From Patescibacteria group bacterium (GTDB lineage: Bacteria; Patescibacteriota; Patescibacteriia; Patescibacteriales; WJLG01): a stretch of 56,969 nt of DNA. Each line of letters begins with the position of its first letter. Within the stretch, counting starts at the first letter, position 1. A program made the translations under genes and the position numbers. The notes beneath the pieces were generated by a model that ran no database searches, was not told where the DNA came from, and worked only from the letters and a program-made list of their open reading frames with translations. The stretch is taken from assembly GCA_041652555.1 (NCBI GenBank), contig JBAZHE010000005.1:7547-64515 (forward strand), given 5' to 3'. Positions 54,758-56,969 of the stretch are shown piece after piece.

Positions 54758-55717
54758 ATGGAGGGGAAAAACAATCAAATCATTATTTACAGCACCACAG
54801 ATGGTCAGACTAAAATTGAAGTAAACGTCAAAGAAGAAACAGTCTGGCTAAGCCAAAAACAGATGGCTGAACTTTTTGATAAAGATGTCAGAACGGTTAA
54901 TGAGCACATCGGAAATGTTTATAAAGATGCTGAGCTTAGCCAAGATCGAACTATCCGGAAATTCCGGATAACTCAAAGTGAAGGTGGAAGATCCGTAGCT
55001 AGAGAGATAGAATTTTACAATTTAGATGTTATTATTTCTGTCGGTTATCGGGTAAGCTCATTGCGTGGGACTCAATTTCGCATCTGGGCTACGCAAAAAT
55101 TAAAGGAATATATTATTAAGGGTTTTGTGATGGATGATAATCGCTTGGCTAACGGTGGCGTAGACAAGGGCTATTTCGAGGAATTTGAAGAAAGGATTAG
55201 AAGAATCAGGACTTCTGAAGCTAATTTTTATCAAAAAGTAAGAGATGTGTTTGCCACTAGCGTTGATTATAATTCTAAGGCTGATTACGCCAAAGAATTT
55301 TTTGCCACAGTTCAAAATAAATTCCATTACGCCATCACCGGATTAACGGCGGCGGAAATCGTCTCTAAGCGTATAGATAGTAGCAAGGATAATATGGGGC
55401 TGACGAACTGGAAAGGCGAGATTATAACGCGTGACCAAGCTGAAATCGCTAAAAATTATTTGGAAGAATTAGAACTAACGCGCCTTAATCTTTTGGTTGA
55501 ACAATTTTTATCCTTCGCCGAATTGCAAGCTGTGGAAAAGCGGGTGATGTATATGAGGGACTGGCAGAAGAAGTTAGATGGATTTTTAATTTTGAATGAA
55601 AAGAAAATTTTAGCCGGCTCCGGCAATGTATCGCATAGCCAAATGGAAACGCAGGTTCGAGTAGAGTTGGAAAAATACAAACGCTTGCTCCCAACTGTTC
55701 CGCGTGGTAAAATATAA
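54758..55717 (+). CDS. rhuM: RhuM-family protein
   Basis: IIIYSTTDGQTKIEVNVKEETVWLSQKQMAELF...FYNLDVIISVGYRVSSLRGTQFRIWAT, typical of the RhuM family. Confidence 0.8.
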   Translation: MEGKNNQIIIYSTTDGQTKIEVNVKEETVWLSQKQMAELFDKDVRTVNEHIGNVYKDAELSQDRTIRKFRITQSEGGRSVAREIEFYNLDVIISVGYRVSSLRGTQFRIWATQKLKEYIIKGFVMDDNRLANGGVDKGYFEEFEERIRRIRTSEANFYQKVRDVFATSVDYNSKADYAKEFFATVQNKFHYAITGLTAAEIVSKRIDSSKDNMGLTNWKGEIITRDQAEIAKNYLEELELTRLNLLVEQFLSFAELQAVEKRVMYMRDWQKKLDGFLILNEKKILAGSGNVSHSQMETQVRVELEKYKRLLPTVPRGKI

Positions 55718-55805
55718 GCAGATAAAAAAATCAAAGCAGAAAAAGATTAAAACATAATGAAGTATGCACAAGGTTCTCTATTCTGTAATTAAGAAAAAAA
55801 TAGTA

Positions 55806-55815
55806 GGGGGGGGGG
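55806..55815. repeat. G10 homopolymer tract
   Basis: Ten consecutive G in an AT-rich intergenic region, 70 nt upstream of the ATG at 55885. Confidence 0.9.
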
Positions 55816-55884
55816 AATACTAAAAACGCTTTTAAGCATAAAATTTAAGGAGGGTAATAATTTTTAAAATAATTATTAAGATTT

Positions 55885-56721
55885 ATGAAAGATGAAGTAA
55901 AAATGGCAATTTTTGAAGGCCAAAAAATCCGGCGTTACTATAATGAAAAAAACGAAACCTGGTATTTTTCAGTAGTTGATATTGTCTCTGTACTCACGGA
56001 AAGTGCTAATCCCACTGACTATTTGAAAAAATTAAGGAAGAGAGATCTTTTACTTGGCGAGTACATAGGGACAAATTGTCCCCAGGTAGAAATGGCCACG
56101 GAAACTGGGAAAAACAGAAAAACCTTAGCAGGAAATCCCGAACATTTATTTAGGATTATTCAATCTATTCCTAGTAAAAAAGCGGAGCCTATCAAAATTT
56201 GGCTCGCTAAAGTCGGCTATGAAAGAATCCAGGAAGTATCTGACCCAGAAAAGGCTCTAAATCGTTCAAGAACATATTGGCAAAGAATGGGCCGAAGTGA
56301 GAAATGGATACAACAGCGGATGATGGGTCAAGAGATTAGAAATAAATTAACAGACTACTGGAAAAATAATGAAGTTGAAGAAAAAAAAGAATACGCTATT
56401 TTGACGAATATTATCCATCAAGAATGGAGCGACTTAACCGTTAAAGAACATAAAGATTTGAAAAGTTTGAAAACAGAAAATTTACGCGATCATATGTCGG
56501 ACGCCGAATTGGTTTTTACGGCCTTGGCTGAGCTTTCTACCCGCCAGATTGCCGAGACAATGCAAACCAAAGGTTTGGTAGAAAATAAAGTTCCGGCCAG
56601 GAAGGGCGGACGGATTGCCAAGAATGCGCGCCTAGAATTGGAACAAAAAACCGGCAAGAAAGTCGTGAGAGGGGAGAATTTTTTGTCAGCGCGTGAAAAT
56701 CGGAAAAAATTGAAAAAATAA
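55885..56721 (+). CDS. Bro-N domain / DinD-like protein (full length, 278 aa)
   Basis: FEGQKIRRYYNEKNETWYFSVVDIV..., [18 protein letters not shown]. Shares an identical 25-nt start region with 53798. Confidence 0.8.
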   Translation: MKDEVKMAIFEGQKIRRYYNEKNETWYFSVVDIVSVLTESANPTDYLKKLRKRDLLLGEYIGTNCPQVEMATETGKNRKTLAGNPEHLFRIIQSIPSKKAEPIKIWLAKVGYERIQEVSDPEKALNRSRTYWQRMGRSEKWIQQRMMGQEIRNKLTDYWKNNEVEEKKEYAILTNIIHQEWSDLTVKEHKDLKSLKTENLRDHMSDAELVFTALAELSTRQIAETMQTKGLVENKVPARKGGRIAKNARLELEQKTGKKVVRGENFLSARENRKKLKK

Positions 56722-56769
56722 TGTTTTTTGTTACAATGTTAAAAATTAAAGGAATTAAATTTTTAGATT

Positions 56770-56969
56770 ATGACAAAAGTTTTAGGACAACAAAACGTCA
56801 ATTTACGCTTGTAAAATATATTTGAAGATAAAGAATTAAATCAAGATTCAGTTATCAAGGATTTTTTGACAACTGCCACGGATGACAAGAAATATCACAG
56901 CGATATCTACATCGCAAAAAATTATTTAAATGAAAAGGAATTGGATTTGCTTAACAGGATCGTAACAAT
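56770..56969 (+). pseudogene. decayed RhuM-family fragment (in-frame TAA, internal deletions, runs off the window)
   Basis: One frame reads MTKVLGQQNVNLRL*NIFEDKELNQDSVIKDFLTTATDDKKYHSDIYIAKNYLNEKELDLLNRIVT. The pieces align to separated parts of the 54758-55717 product. Confidence 0.6.

Noticed and set aside
54467-56814. Possibility that the in-frame TAA codons (54467, 56812) reflect stop-codon reassignment
   Set aside because: TAA terminates many conserved genes here at the expected C-termini (rpsL, fusA, tuf and others). TGA and TAG also act as stops (map, miaA, rpsE region). Decay of paralogs explains both cases more simply.

Overview
AT-rich bacterial chromosomal fragment, standard genetic code: TGA ends map, miaA and other conserved genes at the expected C-termini. 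Gene content suggests a Candidate Phyla Radiation / Patescibacteria-type genome. The evidence is a str-S10-spc ribosomal superoperon with no L30 gene between S5 and L15, Lys-rich extensions on several ribosomal proteins, many small orphan ORFs, and short interspersed palindromic repeats. Nt 1-19849 hold rpsL-rpsG-fusA-(orphan)-tuf-rpsJ...rplO-secY-(2 orphans)-adk-map-ruvX-recO. Housekeeping genes follow: aspS, scpAB, a D-Ala-D-Ala carboxypeptidase, tpiA, tRNA-Thr/Tyr, dnaE, tRNA-Leu, parAB, miaB, miaA, an ABC-F ATPase, gatB, tRNA-Glu, csp, fmt, dedA and def. The standout is a complete diversity-generating retroelement (DGR) at about 26.4-29.1 kb. It has a small target gene whose last 116 bp (VR, 27050-27165) match a downstream template repeat (TR, 27546-27661). 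The two differ at 14 positions, and all 14 are adenines in the TR. An Avd-like four-helix-bundle gene lies on the opposite strand, overlapping the TR 3' end, and a DGR-type reverse transcriptase follows. Its layout is unusual: avd is inverted, and the TR appears to be bracketed by its own promoter and terminator. Other points of interest: (1) a candidate about 70-nt antisense sRNA converging on a solitary PemK/MazF-like toxin gene; (2) a about 50-bp structured repeat found once in frame inside miaA and once upstream of gatB; (3) a T7-tract frame change in a small gene; (4) a terminal island of Bro-N/DinD-like and RhuM-like paralogs in various states of decay, with a G10 tract. All calls come from reading the sequence and ORF translations by eye. 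No database search was run.
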